This document shows positions 12,285-26,125 of a stretch of DNA of 64,000 bases, in pieces. Location: assembly GCA_000165425.1 (NCBI GenBank), contig CT868330.1, forward strand, positions 186,001-250,000, given 5' to 3'. This stretch comes from Paramecium tetraurelia. Lineage: Eukaryota. Every line of letters begins with the position of its first letter. Within the stretch, counting starts at the first letter, position 1. The translations under genes were made by a program, and so were the position numbers. The notes beneath the pieces were generated by a model, which saw only the letters and a program-made list of their open reading frames with translations, did not search any database and had not been told where the DNA came from.

Positions 12285-13064
12285 TCAGAGATCATCATAT
12301 CTACGAATAACTTCGTATCCTTCCATAACAGCATTAATGTATCGTTCATATTTCTATAACATATCCCCATATAATTTCATATTTTCCAATCTTTATTCCT
12401 TAGATTGCAATTTTTATTGTATGTAGTTAGTATCATCATCAAGTAAGGCTGTTCTCATTTACAAATCTTTAACTTCAAGTATGATATCCATAGACTTCTC
12501 CATGCAATCACTCAGGCGTTTCTTACAATTTCTGATTTCTTCATACTCTTCAAAAGACACTGGAGGTTCATCTTTGATTTGCTGGATTGGAGAAAGTCTA
12601 TTGCAAATCTGTAGCACATGGCATAGGAGAACACCTTCTTCATCGCGTTAGTTAAAAAGTTAAACAATATGCATGCGATAATGAGGAACATCAAGACATG
12701 TAGTAGTACTGCATACGATGTAGGATACTTTAGGACAATGTTTTGGAAGTGGTGTTTAAAAGTTCATTTTTTTCCATTTGAACACTTTTTTTGAATTATC
12801 TTTTAGTCTTGGAAATCCTAAATTTCGTAGAGAGGCTTTTCTTAAGAAGTATAAATAACCATCTATAATAATGAATTGAAATAAGATATACTTTTGGGTT
12901 CATAATAAATATCTTCGGGATGTTCATCAAACATAGGTATTTAGTGATCTCTACCATTCATCAATAAATCTTCATACTCGTTGCCTTACAAAGACTTATT
13001 GTATACAAATACCATTTAGCCAACGATAGTGATGAGGTTGTAATGCATACTAGGTGCTATCCAT
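12285..13064 (-). CDS. CG-1 DNA-binding domain protein (CAMTA-type domain) with C-terminal coiled coil
   Basis: Introns of 28 and 29 nt give 240 aa; RWLNGNEYEDLL...PKNGYLYFLRK...FKWKK...YRMHIV...VLLCHVLQ parallels the CG-1 pattern RWLxxxEI...PxSGSLFLFDRK...WRKK...FQRR...IVFVHYL. Confidence 0.65.
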
Positions 13065-13210
13065 AATTAATTAAATGATTATAACACAGTATGGTTATCT
13101 TACTTCATCCAATTCTTTACTTCAATTTATTTCGAACAAAATGATTAAATTAATATTGAGGAGTAATTTATATTTTGTAATATAATTTTGATCCAAATAA
13201 TATAGATTTA

Positions 13211-14882
13211 TCAATGATTCACTTATGTGGTATAGATGCGATAGACATCATCAAAGGTATTGACTTCTTCTTGCTTCAACTTTCTTTGTTCTTCATAGAA
13301 TTATTTAGCAGCATCGATATCCTTTAATTAATGCATACACATACTTTCAAAGCAACCTAATGAGCCACTGTAATCTACTTTAATCTAGCTCCACATAATA
13401 TGGATGCTTGTCTTCTACCAGTTAATTAGTTCACTTATTTAACCTATATTGATAACTAAGTAGAATACCAAATAATCTTTTTCATATTAGATAGTTTTAT
13501 CAAAGAATTGATTTTCCAATTCGATGTGTAATTTGAAATCAATGAATCCTAAATTGGATCTCACTTCATCATTGGCTCCAGTCTCTAAAGATTTTTTGGT
13601 GTGATTTTCAATAGCATCTAACAATTTTCTGAATCCCTATTATATTTAGCAATAATAAATACTTCCCAATTGTCTGCAAATTCTTCTTCTCCAGGTGGAA
13701 CAACAGCTCCAGTTCCATGAGGATCCTTGGTAGGAACAGCAATATTGGGTTGTTCATCAACATGATGATCTGGTTATTTATCATCAATAACAATTTGAGG
13801 ATGATCTTCATCACTGGTATTATCACCATCATCTGAGTGAGTAGTATCATCAGAGTGTTTAGTATCATCAGAATTATCAGAATCATTATTATCACCAGCA
13901 TCTTGATTATCTCCAGAATCACCTTAATCATCTGAATCATCTGAATCACCTGAATTGACATGTTCTTCCTAATGATTTGTTTCTTCCTTCTTTGATATTG
14001 GATCCTTGTGAATTTGTGGAGAACCAGAACCAGAACCAGATCCTGATTTACCACCAGTTGGTTTTGTACTTACTCCACCTCCATTTGTGATTTTAACATT
14101 GAGATCTCCAGAATCAGTTGTTCCATCATCATTTTAAACAACAACAACGGTTCCAATTTAATTATCACAACCTGGAATAAGAACAACTGCATTGTTAGCC
14201 TTATCATCATCATCAGCAGCCTAGTCCAATTAGGTCAATGCCTTTGGTCTGATTCTTTGGATAAGTGAAATTTCATCAAAAGTGCCTTATTCAATCTCAG
14301 GAACAATGAGATCTGATTTATCATCGATCTTTTCCATTAAATTGACTAATTGTCCACTACGATATAGCTTAACGAATTTGCTAACTCTATCGTGGAATTA
14401 TGTCACTTAGGCTAAGGATGATGCTCCTGCTTCCAATTATGCCAGTTCTTCTCTCAAAAACTTCACTAAGGCCAAGGCATACCTGAAATTTCTTATGTCA
14501 TTCACATAATTGTTTGTTAATGCACATCTTCATATTTAGAATACTCTTACATGCTTGCTTCCAACACTCCAATTTTCTTTGTATTTGACTTTTATCTTCC
14601 ACTCATCCAATTGATGAAACTCTCACTAGCCAATATATCACTTTGCTTTTAAGCTATGTCATCTTCTTTGTTTTGGCACTCAGCTCTTTAATTGAACACA
14701 GATTGATTAAGAGAATCAGCAACACTCTATTTCTCACCAATTCTTCTTTGCCAAGCTAGCTCTAATCCCTCTAATTCTAATTCGGCGTTGTGCTTTAACT
14801 CAGCCAACAATTGTAATACGTTTTCCTCGCTTGATGTACCTAGTGCCATTACTAGCACCAAAGCCAATAACATATATTTCAT
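13211..14882 (-). CDS. Secreted trichocyst-matrix-protein-like precursor with a large acidic Ser/Asp/Gly insertion
   Basis: Signal peptide MKYMLLALVLVMALG; heptad-rich halves with spaced Cys; four introns (23/26/25/23 nt) give 524 aa. Confidence 0.7.
13800..14050 (-). repeat. Coding low-complexity repeats: (GGTTCT)3 and imperfect GAT-TCT/GAT-GAT units (SDD/GDS)
   Basis: Plus strand agaaccagaaccagaacc and repeated atcatctgaatc/atcatcagag units; translates to GSGSGSGS and SGDSDDSDDQGDSGD. Confidence 0.8.
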
Positions 14883-14949
14883 TTAATTAATTTATATAAA
14901 AACGGATTAGAACTTCCCTTACTTTTATAGATTTTTTCCTTAACTCACT

Positions 14950-15329
14950 ACTCTGGATTATGTTAGAAATTAATGAACAACCAAATCAATATAAGATAAC
15001 TGCATTACTACAAAAAAATTATTCATAAATAACATCTGTATTTTACATACCCAATTCACCAGATGAATAGAGGTTCTCTATCACCTCCCATTTCTTTATT
15101 CAAAATACACACTCTACCCGCTCACATAAAGATATGATATTGTCTATTTATCAATCAATTTCCTGCATTCTTTCTCTACTCCATCCTCAATAGAATAGTG
15201 ACTATTCTAAAAAGTAAATCAAATCTTATTACTAATTAGTAGACTCCCTTTATTTAATTTCAGTTCTCTTTAGTAATCAAACATTTTATCCTATCAAAAA
15301 GTTGTAAAATCTATTCTGAACTTTTGCAT
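14950..15329 (-). pseudogene. Short decayed gene of unknown family
   Basis: ATG 15329 MQKFRIDFTTF*QDK..., intron-like gtaataag...tttttag, then NSHYSIEDGVEKECRKLIDK...NGR*; internal TGAs. Confidence 0.3.
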
Positions 15330-15399
15330 CTAATTAAGCGAAAATTAAATCATTTTGAATACTATAAATTAAGACTTTGTGAACGTTAATCTTATTTAA

Positions 15400-18300
15400 T
15401 ACAAGGAACCAATTTAGCTTAAATACTCAATAGGATACTATATAAATACAATTATTTAATCCAAAAATAGGGACATTCACCAATATTAATATCAATAATT
15501 TTATGAATTTGAAAACTGATAGCATTTAAAATGACATTGAAGAATATGCTAGTTGATAAGAAGGATTGCCATAATTTAATGCACTTCATTTAAGGCATAA
15601 TTTAAGTTGGAGGAATTGAAAATGCAGAGAGATAAAAATTAACTTATTGAAGGTATCAGCCTAACAAAACTAATCAAGTCCTTTTTCTTATAAGTTTAGT
15701 GAAATAATGGATAATAAAAATTAAATGATAAGCAAATGCACAAATTATGTTTGGGTAATAAGTCTATTTAAAATTAATTATAAAAAGAAATATGCATAAT
15801 TTTGAACTTTAACAACAAAATAATAAAACAATTAAAAGAAGAATCATGATTCTTCTTTACTAATTCAAAGCTCTCAATTAATCTAAATTTGAAAAATAAC
15901 TCACTTGTCAATCTCTTCTTTACCACTTTGCCATTACTTCCTTTTTTCAAAACAATACATTCATGGACAATTAAAGTTTAATGATATAAAATATAGATAT
16001 ATTTCATAACAAGCTGAATCCATTAATAATGAATAAATATCTCTTGCCTTTAATCTAATTGTAAAGATGTTTCTGGAAAATTGGGTCAATGAAAATATTT
16101 GGTTGCTCATCGATGATAACAAATTATATTCTGAATAACTTATAAATTTGTAAGTTACGATACTCTCTTTGATATCAATATTTTTAGATTCTTCCAATTG
16201 CTTGTAAAATAATGGTTCCATGGGCAATAAGTAATTCATCTCAGGGTGACTAATCCTTAAAGCTAAAATTCTATACTATGAGAATTATAAATAGAATAAA
16301 AAACAGATGTAGAATTAATTTAATTAGGAAATGAATTAAAAAAATTACTGAAAGAAATCATAGTATTCATCTAATTCATCGTAATTGCAATTAGTTAAAT
16401 GGATGATTCAATTGATTGCAATAAATATTTCTCTAAATTGGATACTTAGGAATCACAAACTATTTTTAGTGGAGATGTAGATTATTTTTAGGATTCTAAA
16501 GAAGTCTAAATTAATTTGAAATATACCGATGTTCTCTTTGAAGACCAACTTTATTTTGGGTTAGTTTAAGAAGATGGAAGACATCAGAAACAACATGTCT
16601 TAAGCTTCATATATTAATATGCTATATTGACAATAAATGCCATTATCCTGAATTAACATATGATTGAAAAATAATATCATCAAATACTTCCTAATAGAGA
16701 TAATATTCATTCAAAATACCAATTTCATAATTAGATAAGTCTAGCGAGGCTAATAATATTAGTTATTCTCACTTTTTAATAATTTTTGAATCAACTAATT
16801 AAGTATCTTTTAAATATGAATTCATCTTTGATATTTCCATTACTTTAAATAATTATACAGACTACAACTGCAATAACAGCTTAATAAATAGACTAATATT
16901 CCTTAAGATTGTGCTCTGATCTAAAATGTTCGAAATTTTTGAAAGATATTTCAAACTTGGACTCAAACGATTTATTTGTTCTTGAACTAAGTCATTCAAG
17001 TAAATCTACATTTTTTACTAATATTGAAGTCTTTTTTATTGGCAAAGGATTTAATAAAACTGTAACACCAGTTTAAGTCATTAATAGTTTTACAAATTAG
17101 GCTATTATTTAATTAAAAACCGAAATAGTTTGGAAAGGAATGAAAATTTAAGTAGTTTCAATATCAAAATAATAATAAGTTTAAAAATCAACTGATTAAA
17201 TTACACTAAAAACTGATGAAAGATTAATGTGCAACAGGTTAATAAGAATGCTAAATTAATGGAATTGCTCAGGAGGAATGCGGGGTATACGATAGGTAAG
17301 GATTCTTAGCATCTGTACATATGACATCATAGAAATTATAATTTTAATGAATATACATTTAGTTAGCTTTTTGAACACTATTGAAATAATTTTAGGATGC
17401 CAATTATATAAAATATTAGCATTTACTAATATAATAAGATTGTTTCAAATATTTGTTAAATAATTTATAAATCCAGAACTATTTTTACTCTTTCAATAAT
17501 GCTATTGTATATATTAATTATTTGAGTTATAAATATCTATATCATCTTCATTAAATTCTTATTCAAAAAATAATGATTAATATCATTCAACTTTTAAGTG
17601 ATTTTCAATTCAGATAATGATTATTTTAATTAAACAATAAAATTTACTATAGGTAATATGTAAAACCTGAGCACTTTATTTAGAATTGCACTTTTTAATT
17701 CTTTTTATTGAGGACTTTATATACCTTAATTATGAATCAAAATTGAAATTTATTTATCCTTTTCAAATTTAAATGTTTATTTAAGTCTCCCTATCTTAAA
17801 GGGTCTTAATTGTAATATATAAATCTGAAAATATAATTTATTATAAATTTAACAAAAAGTTTGCTTGCACTATTGATATTGTTTTTAAGATATTAATCTA
17901 TTTAAACTAATAATCTTTAAGGAATATAATCGATCAAGTAGAAATAGAAAATTCTATTTTCAATCAAATTAGTTCTTAAAGTATTTATATAATCCTTCCA
18001 CTTTCCTTTAAATGCTTAAGTACGCTTAAAATCAAAAATTAACTGAAACTCATAAATAAAGTTATTAAAAAATAAATACTTAATAGAATAATGAGAATTA
18101 ACATTATTAATTATTTATTTATTTTTGTAATATAAAATATTTAAATAATTTTATATTTCTATTAGGAATTCTGCAATATTTTATATTGTTACCCTAGCTT
18201 ATTCTCAACAAATAGTTTACCATTCTTTATATTAACAAGAATAACTAAATTTAGAGAAGCTAAAAAACAACAAGGATTACAAAATGGGATAAATTTAATT

Positions 18301-18430
18301 TTTCAGATAAATAATTCTACTAGGCTTATTTAATTAGATGACTTTGCAGCTTGTAAAAAGATGATTGAGGATAAAGTAAATGATGCAAATTACTCTTAAA
18401 TTTTAGAAAAATATCACCATTAATGAGGTT
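15400..18430 (+). pseudogene. About 3 kb degenerate remnant of a large, probably surface/transmembrane, protein gene
   Basis: Patches of protein-like sequence in changing frames (e.g. QTIFSGDVDYFQDSKEVQINLKYTD; CATGQQECQINGIAQEECGVY), broken by TGAs; no continuous ORF in code 6. Confidence 0.35.
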
Positions 18431-18456
18431 ATATTGATATAAATATATTTTATTAA

Positions 18457-19056
18457 TCAAGAATGATGAGATTCTACATGGCGAATAACTAACATAATGT
18501 TTGGAAATTTCTACTCACAGACAGGGCATGATTAAGTTGAATTTTTTTGTTAATAATGTTGTTAATACTCTAATTTTTCTTTCAATAATTATTAAAATGT
18601 CTTCACATTCTCATTAGAAGTATCTTTGGAATTTGGACTTTGATTTTCCTAGCTTTCAATCTTCTTCAAAGTAGGACATTTATGATCCTCTCTGTATCTA
18701 TGTTTGAGACAGACTTCCATGCCACAATCTTTACATTTGAAGTTTGTCACATCTGTTAATTTATCTTTACAAATAGGACACACCTTTTTCTCTTTTGGTT
18801 GTTAGGGGCAATCCTTTTCAAAATGTTCTTCCCATATCGTATTTTCATTCTGATCTGAAGTGTAACAGAGTCCCTTTTTACAAAGTGGACATAAAATGAC
18901 TGATTTTTTTATTGATAATTTTGGGCATTCATGAGCCTCTTGGGTGCGATGTTCTTAGCAATATACATCTTTACAGAGTGAACACTCATAAGGAAGAAAG
19001 TCCTTTTGTCTGCATATGCTGTATTTACATCTTTATCCAATGTTATGGTCCAACAT
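18457..19056 (-). CDS. AN1-type zinc finger protein (ZFAND2/AIRAP-like) with C-terminal C2H2
   Basis: Intronless 199 aa: GQRCKYSICRQKDFLPYECSLCKDVYCQEHRTQEAHEC; second AN1 ...CKDCGMEVCLKHRYREDHKC; C-terminal CPVCEQKF...HVESHH. Confidence 0.9.
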
Positions 19057-19103
19057 TTTTAAGATTTATGATTGATTATTAATATTAATTTATTATATAT
19101 TTA

Positions 19104-19878
<775 letters not shown>

Positions 19879-19984
19879 TTAATATCAAGATATCCTTATT
19901 ATCCAATATATTCATTAATAATATCTTCGAGTATTATATACAAATAGTTATAATTTTCTTTATTTTATAAATAATAAAATAATA

Positions 19985-21200
19985 ATGATAGGGTTCAAAT
20001 ACTAAAGTTATTTGACTTACTCTTATACAAAATCATATGATGAAATGTGTTTGATACTTAATGAAGATGGTTTTAAGGATGTCGAAATTATAAAATCAGA
20101 AAATATAATCAAATACACGATTAATAATGAAAGAGTCATTCGATTGGACAATTTACTATACCTTTTTGTAAATTTATTACATTATTAATAAGAAAATTAA
20201 ATATTTAAGACTCACCATTGCATAACTAATTTAACTTTGTTTGGAAATCGTAAAAAAATACTAAAAATTGTAATCAAATTCAATAGAACATAATTATTTG
20301 GATTTGAACAGAGTTTTATTATCGTTGCATACAAAAAGTGAAGGACTCTTTATAATACCATCTACCTTTACTTATGATATTCATTTTACAGGATATGATT
20401 GTCCATTCTATGAAAGAGAGAACTATGAGGATTATACAATTTAAGACTCAGAAGCAATTAAATCTATAGTCAATAAAATAATAGATTACACAGAGAGTTA
20501 TTCAATGAAATAAGCCAGAAATGATCAAACATTTCCTAGTATTACCGAGTTATTAAGGATGACACTCAATAGTTCATTCAATAGTTTCATTCATATAATT
20601 GAAGAACATTTTATTTCATCTGCTTATATCAATAATTAATAATAGGCCTTAACTAACTTAGATAAATAATTTATGCATTTGAATTATAAACGAAACATGT
20701 TCAAAGGTTTTGTTTAATCAAATCTTGAAATTCTGATAAAAAGGTATTATTCTATTAATAATTGGTATATATATGAATATTATTTATACCAAACTCTGCC
20801 AAAAATTACAAAGGAATTTAGAAAATCCACCTTGTTATTTATATCTTAAAGCCCAGAAAAAGAGATTTAATATACGCCATATGAAAATGAATTCGACAAT
20901 TTGGATAACGACTTTATTGATTAGATAATTACACAATAGATTGAAAGTTTCAATCAATTTAAGCTTGATCTCAATAAGAGTGATATTAGACAAACTGCCA
21001 TAGTGGCATTATAATAACAAATGAAGTTTTTATAATAATATTTTCGAAATGATGCCAACTTTATGAATGCTAACAATATTAATAACAATATTAAACATTT
21101 AACTCTTCTGAAATAACGTTTAACTGAAAGAGTAGTCTAAGAAGTCTTTAGCAATTAATTTCAATTACAGAATTTGCAATGGATTAATGAGATTATATGA
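19985..21200 (+). CDS. Hypothetical protein with degenerate kinase-like (pseudokinase) N-terminal region
   Basis: Long code-6 ORF with a 25-nt intron; IEHNYLDLNRVLL and IHFTGYDCP resemble the HRDLKPENIL and KIADFG positions. Confidence 0.6.
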
Positions 21201-21282
21201 TTAAAATTGAATTAAGATAGAAATCTTTATTAATTTTAATTAATTAAGTAGTGACTAAAATTATAATAATATTAATAATCTT

Positions 21283-23205
21283 ATGAGCAATAATGCACAA
21301 TTGTTACCATCTGAATGGGAATACCCAGAGTAGAATCCAGATTATAAAGGAAATGATTTAGATAAGAGATTGGAATAGGGTCCGATTGAAGATAGAGGAT
21401 GTACAGACTGTATATGGTGCTTTCTATATTTAATAATGTGGGGAGGATTGATCACAATAGGTATAATTGCATTGTCGAATGGATCCCCTGACAGTTTATT
21501 TTTACCTTACAATAGTGTATTAATACATTAAATATGAAAGGATGGTCAACAATGTGGGGTGAGTAAAAATTTCGAAGATTGTCCATATTCATATTTAATG
21601 AATACAACTTCGATTGAGGAAAATTAGGATGGAAATTTTTAGTTTATTTGTGTACAAAGTTGTCCATCAAAGGCGAATACAGAAATATCTTATTGCACAG
21701 TATCTGGAGATGAAACATAATTATCATCATATGGAACATACGATTGTAAAAATAAATATAGAACACTAAAATTAGATATGTCAATTTGTTCTCCATACAA
21801 AAGTGACCCTTTTTGGAATGTAACAAAGGATTTCTTTAGTTATTCTGCAAGTGAAGCTGATTTCTAAGATATTGGTAAGACATGGTCAATATCCTTATTT
21901 GTTTGCATTATAACATTGATCTTGGCGTAAATATAAAATAAATGTTAATAGTAATTTCATAATGTTTTTGGTTAAGAAGTGTGCATCATGCTTAGTTTGG
22001 GGAGTGCTCATCTTGTATTTTACATTGTTAATTTTATTTGGTTTTTTGTTTTATTATAGCGGTAAAGGAGACTTTTCAAATGCACATTTTGGTAATAGTT
22101 ATGGATGGTGTTTGACAATAGCAATAATATTTTGGAGTATTGCAGGGTAGAATAATTGAATAATTTAGAATGTCCTTGTTGATGTTGGGATGCTATTATA
22201 AAAGGATCTACTTGGCTATAGCTGTAATAAAGGCTGCAGCAGATTTTACTCGAGATGTTTGGTAGGTTGTAATGGTACCATTAAGCATATTTGGAGTAAT
22301 GATAGGGTTTCTACTGTTTTGGATATACAGTACTACTTACTTAATGTCATATGGGACTTCAGATTATTTGGATAACACTCCATTTCCTGAAGTTGATCTT
22401 CATTCTGGAGTAATAGGGATGATTATTGGTAATTCAATAGCATTTTATTGGAATTGTTAATTCGCAATGGCTTTCAGTTAATACGTGGTAGCTAGTTGTT
22501 GTTGCATGTGGTATTTCCATCATATGGGAGTGAATTTACATCGTCCAGTATTCAAGAGTATAAAACGAGGGTTGATGCATCACAGTGGGTCTTTGGCTCT
22601 GGGATCTTTGATTTTAACATTTGTGGCAGTGTTAAGATTTACATTTGATTTGTTACATGTATTAAATTGATGGTATGGGTTAGAAAATGTTTAAACAAGG
22701 AGTTCAATAGAATAAGGCTGCTACTGGTTGTCTGAAATGTTGGTTTGGTTATTATGGATGTATAATACATTGTTTTGAGAGATTTATTAGATTTATAACT
22801 TAGAATGCCTACATAATGGTTGCAATTACAGGGAAATCATTTTGTAAATCAGCTCATGATGCTTATTATCTAATATTTCGTCATAAGACAGCAGTAGCAA
22901 TTACTGATGGCATAGGTGAGATATTTAGCACAGTGGCTAATTTATCAATAGGGATCACAGCAACATTCATTGGATTTATAATGATCACTTAGATTGATCA
23001 TTATTCAAACCAGATTTCATCTCCTGTGTTACCAACTGTTTTCTTTGCCTTTATCTCATTAACATTATCCAGCATATTTATGAATGTTTATGGAATGGGA
23101 ATCGATACTATATTGTTATGTTATATGGCAGATAGAGAATTGTTTTCAACAGCAAAATCAGTTCCTTAATCTCTATAAGAGTTTTTAGACAAGTATTAAA
23201 AATGA
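21283..23205 (+). CDS. Choline transporter-like protein (SLC44/CTL family)
   Basis: GPIEDRGCTDC, RIYLAIAVIKAAADF, HHSGSLALGSLI, ERFIRFITQNAYIMVAITGKSFCKSAHDA, IDTILLC; multiple TM helices. Confidence 0.92.
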
Positions 23206-23249
23206 ATTATAATAAATAATATGATATTTGGGTAATAATATTTATGCCT

Positions 23250-24251
23250 TCATAATCCTAATTGTGAACGCAGCCATCCAAAATTGTGTTCAATTAGTTA
23301 GATAATTTAATTGACAACTTCAATTTCTTTTGTGATTCGTTATGATTAAAATTTAGTTTATTAAAATATATTATTGCACTCTTGCTTGATATCATTAACT
23401 TATTCTTGTTTTAACTAATATTAATTGATGAGTACATTAATTCTATGATTGATTTCATTGTATTCCAATTCTAATTGCTTTACTAAGTGATCAGTTTCGT
23501 TGATGTTCTCTTAGATTTCATCCAAAAATTGTATGACACTATCTAATTGTGATTAGTATAATGATATTAAATTTTTGGTTTGTTGTTCTTTCTCATCAAA
23601 ATACTTGTCTTCTAATGACATCATGTCTGTTGTAAAATCGATCAGATCGTTTAACAAAGGTTTCAAACTTTATTGATCAATTTTCAGAGACAAGGGATTT
23701 CTAAACTTAAGAATATAATAAATGTTACTTTTGATTCACATAATCATATCTCCTTTCTTGTAATTAGATTGTTAACTTATGATATTATTCTTTTTGCAAA
23801 TTCTCTCTGTTTTAACAAATCTCTATATTTTTTATCAACGATTCCTTCTCTTTGTTTTTAGTTGACTTCATGTGTTCGAATTATTCAATGTGAGGCTTAT
23901 GTGCATAGATCTCTTCTCGTACATCATACTAATTTTATTATTTTCACAACTACTTTATCCTCCTTCAGTTTTGCAATCAATTCCTCTAACGATTCAACAT
24001 TTACCATGCACTCATCCAATTTAGATTTCTACAGTTTATTAGTATTGTTCCTTTGCTTAACCAATTTCTCTGAAAGTTTATAATAATTTATTATTACCAT
24101 GAATCCCATTCAATAATTACAATAAATCTCCAGTAGGCTCATCTGCTTGAATGTGTAGTTAAACTGTTTCTAATAACGTTAATCCCAATTCTGTTTCTCG
24201 CAGCTGATCCAATTGAGCATATACAACCGATATAAGTATTAAAATTATCAT
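23250..24251 (-). CDS. Trichocyst matrix protein-like precursor (divergent)
   Basis: Signal peptide MIILILISVVYA, then ELGLTLLETVQLHIQADEPTGDLLQLL (TMP-type N-terminal motif); coiled coil with spaced Cys. Confidence 0.65.
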
Positions 24252-24372
24252 ATCGAAAAACGATATTAAAAATAATCTGAAATATAATTATATTTATAAC
24301 ATATTCATCAAACAATTATCATTATACACTTTTTGACCAATTTCAATATCACTCAATTTTAATATTTATAAT

Positions 24373-25185
24373 ATGAAAATATTTATTCTATTTTCACTCA
24401 TCCTATTCATCAACTCAGCAGACGTTCAAACATGTCTATGTTCAAATCTATAGACAAAGTACGACTGCGAAAATGCAGTCAAATTTTAGGCAGCCAGCCA
24501 AGATTTGTTTGATCTTAAAGTTTGTATTTGGAACGAAGGATAATGCTTGGATCTCCTTAAAGATGTTGTAGTTCCTTGTAGTGCGCTTGATTAAAAAATA
24601 TGTGGAAATCTACCTTCATGTGCATGGTATAATGGCGCATGTCAGACATTTACCAAATGTTCAGATTACTAATTTGAGAAAAGTATTCTATCTCAATCTT
24701 GTGAGGGAATTAATTGTTTAGATAATGGCACATCCTGCACTTTTGATCTAATTGGACGTGGTGAATAATCATGTGAACAAATAGCCTTTGAAGAAGATTG
24801 CCAAAGAATGTATATATTATATAAGAAAACCATATGTAATTGGAATGGGTCTGCATGTGTTGGTCAATCATTATCATCTTGTTCAAGTTTAACAGAAAAA
24901 TAATGTTTATAAGTCAATTCCTAATGTGCTTGGAAGAATAATTCATGTGTAAAAAGAACATGTGAAGATGGACAATATTCATCCTTTGTATAAGAAGGAG
25001 TCAAACTATGTTCAAGTTACTTAGATATTGAAACTGATTAGGTTATGTACTGTGAAATAAGCGAAGATGGATAGTGTGTAACATCTGATCCTGAAGAATT
25101 AGGTAGGAAAGATTGTTATTCATAATCCTTTTAATAATATACTTGGTATCCAGGAGATCAAGAATGTCAGAAGTGCCAATCATGA
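24373..25185 (+). CDS. Small Cys-rich surface-antigen-like (mini-antigen-type) protein
   Basis: Intronless 270 aa; signal peptide; periodic C-x-W-x-x-x-x-C repeats (CIWNEGQC, CAWYNGAC, CNWNGSAC, CAWKNNSC). Confidence 0.8.
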
Positions 25186-26125
25186 TCTAAATCATAGTAA
25201 AAAATTATTAATATATCAAAATATTTATGTTAATATCCCAATATTCAGCACTTATTATATTACAACCTAGAATGATATTCTAGAATTGACTCAAAGTTTC
25301 AAGAAGAGTACAATAAGAATTCAAAATGTGAAACTGAAATTATCAATTAAGTGCAGAATATTTAGAATGAATTTTGTTAATATATAATATGAGAATTCTG
25401 TTATTAATAATTGTAAAAAAGAGTTCACTCTATATGAACATAAAATGGCTAAATCATGAATTAAATCTCTATGTCTAAGTCATTATGAGAATATGATTTA
25501 TTTGATAGCTTATTTTCTTGATGATTCTAATTCCTGAATGTTTGATCGTTCTCGAAAAATAGAAATTCGAACAACCTGGTATAACTAATAATTAAGAAGA
25601 AATTTCGTTTCACGTCTAGCTTTGACATATGGCATTTTCTCTGAAATTGATTATATTGAACATATTTTAATTGATTTTATATGATGAAAATGTTACTGAT
25701 CAAATATAATATATATATTCTGTTTTTTAACTTTATAAGACTAAGTTTCTTTTTATATTTGAAAAATCAAAATATAAACTAAGTTTTCATTTATAATTTC
25801 ATAGATGTTTAACAATCTTCAAAAGAATGAATGAGATTCATAAATTTTCATTTTTCATTGATCTATATTTTTACATATACAACAAACCAAATATTGAATT
25901 AATTGTTTGGATCATAATTCTCATCAAATTAGTTTAAATTAAGATTTGAAAATAAATACATTAAAGAGACCATGTTTAAGTTTTGATTCTAAAATAATAG
26001 TTTTTTTTACCCAAAAATAAATAAAATAAAATAATAAATAATTATATGTAATTATGTTAGTTTTTACGTTATGATTAAATTTTATTTAAAACTGTATATT
26101 ATGTTATTATATATTAAGAAAGAAC

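Noticed and set aside
13608..14054. 148 aa Ile/Met-rich ORF from the supplied track
   Set aside because: Out-of-frame shadow of the GAT/TCT-rich acidic insert of the TMP-like gene.
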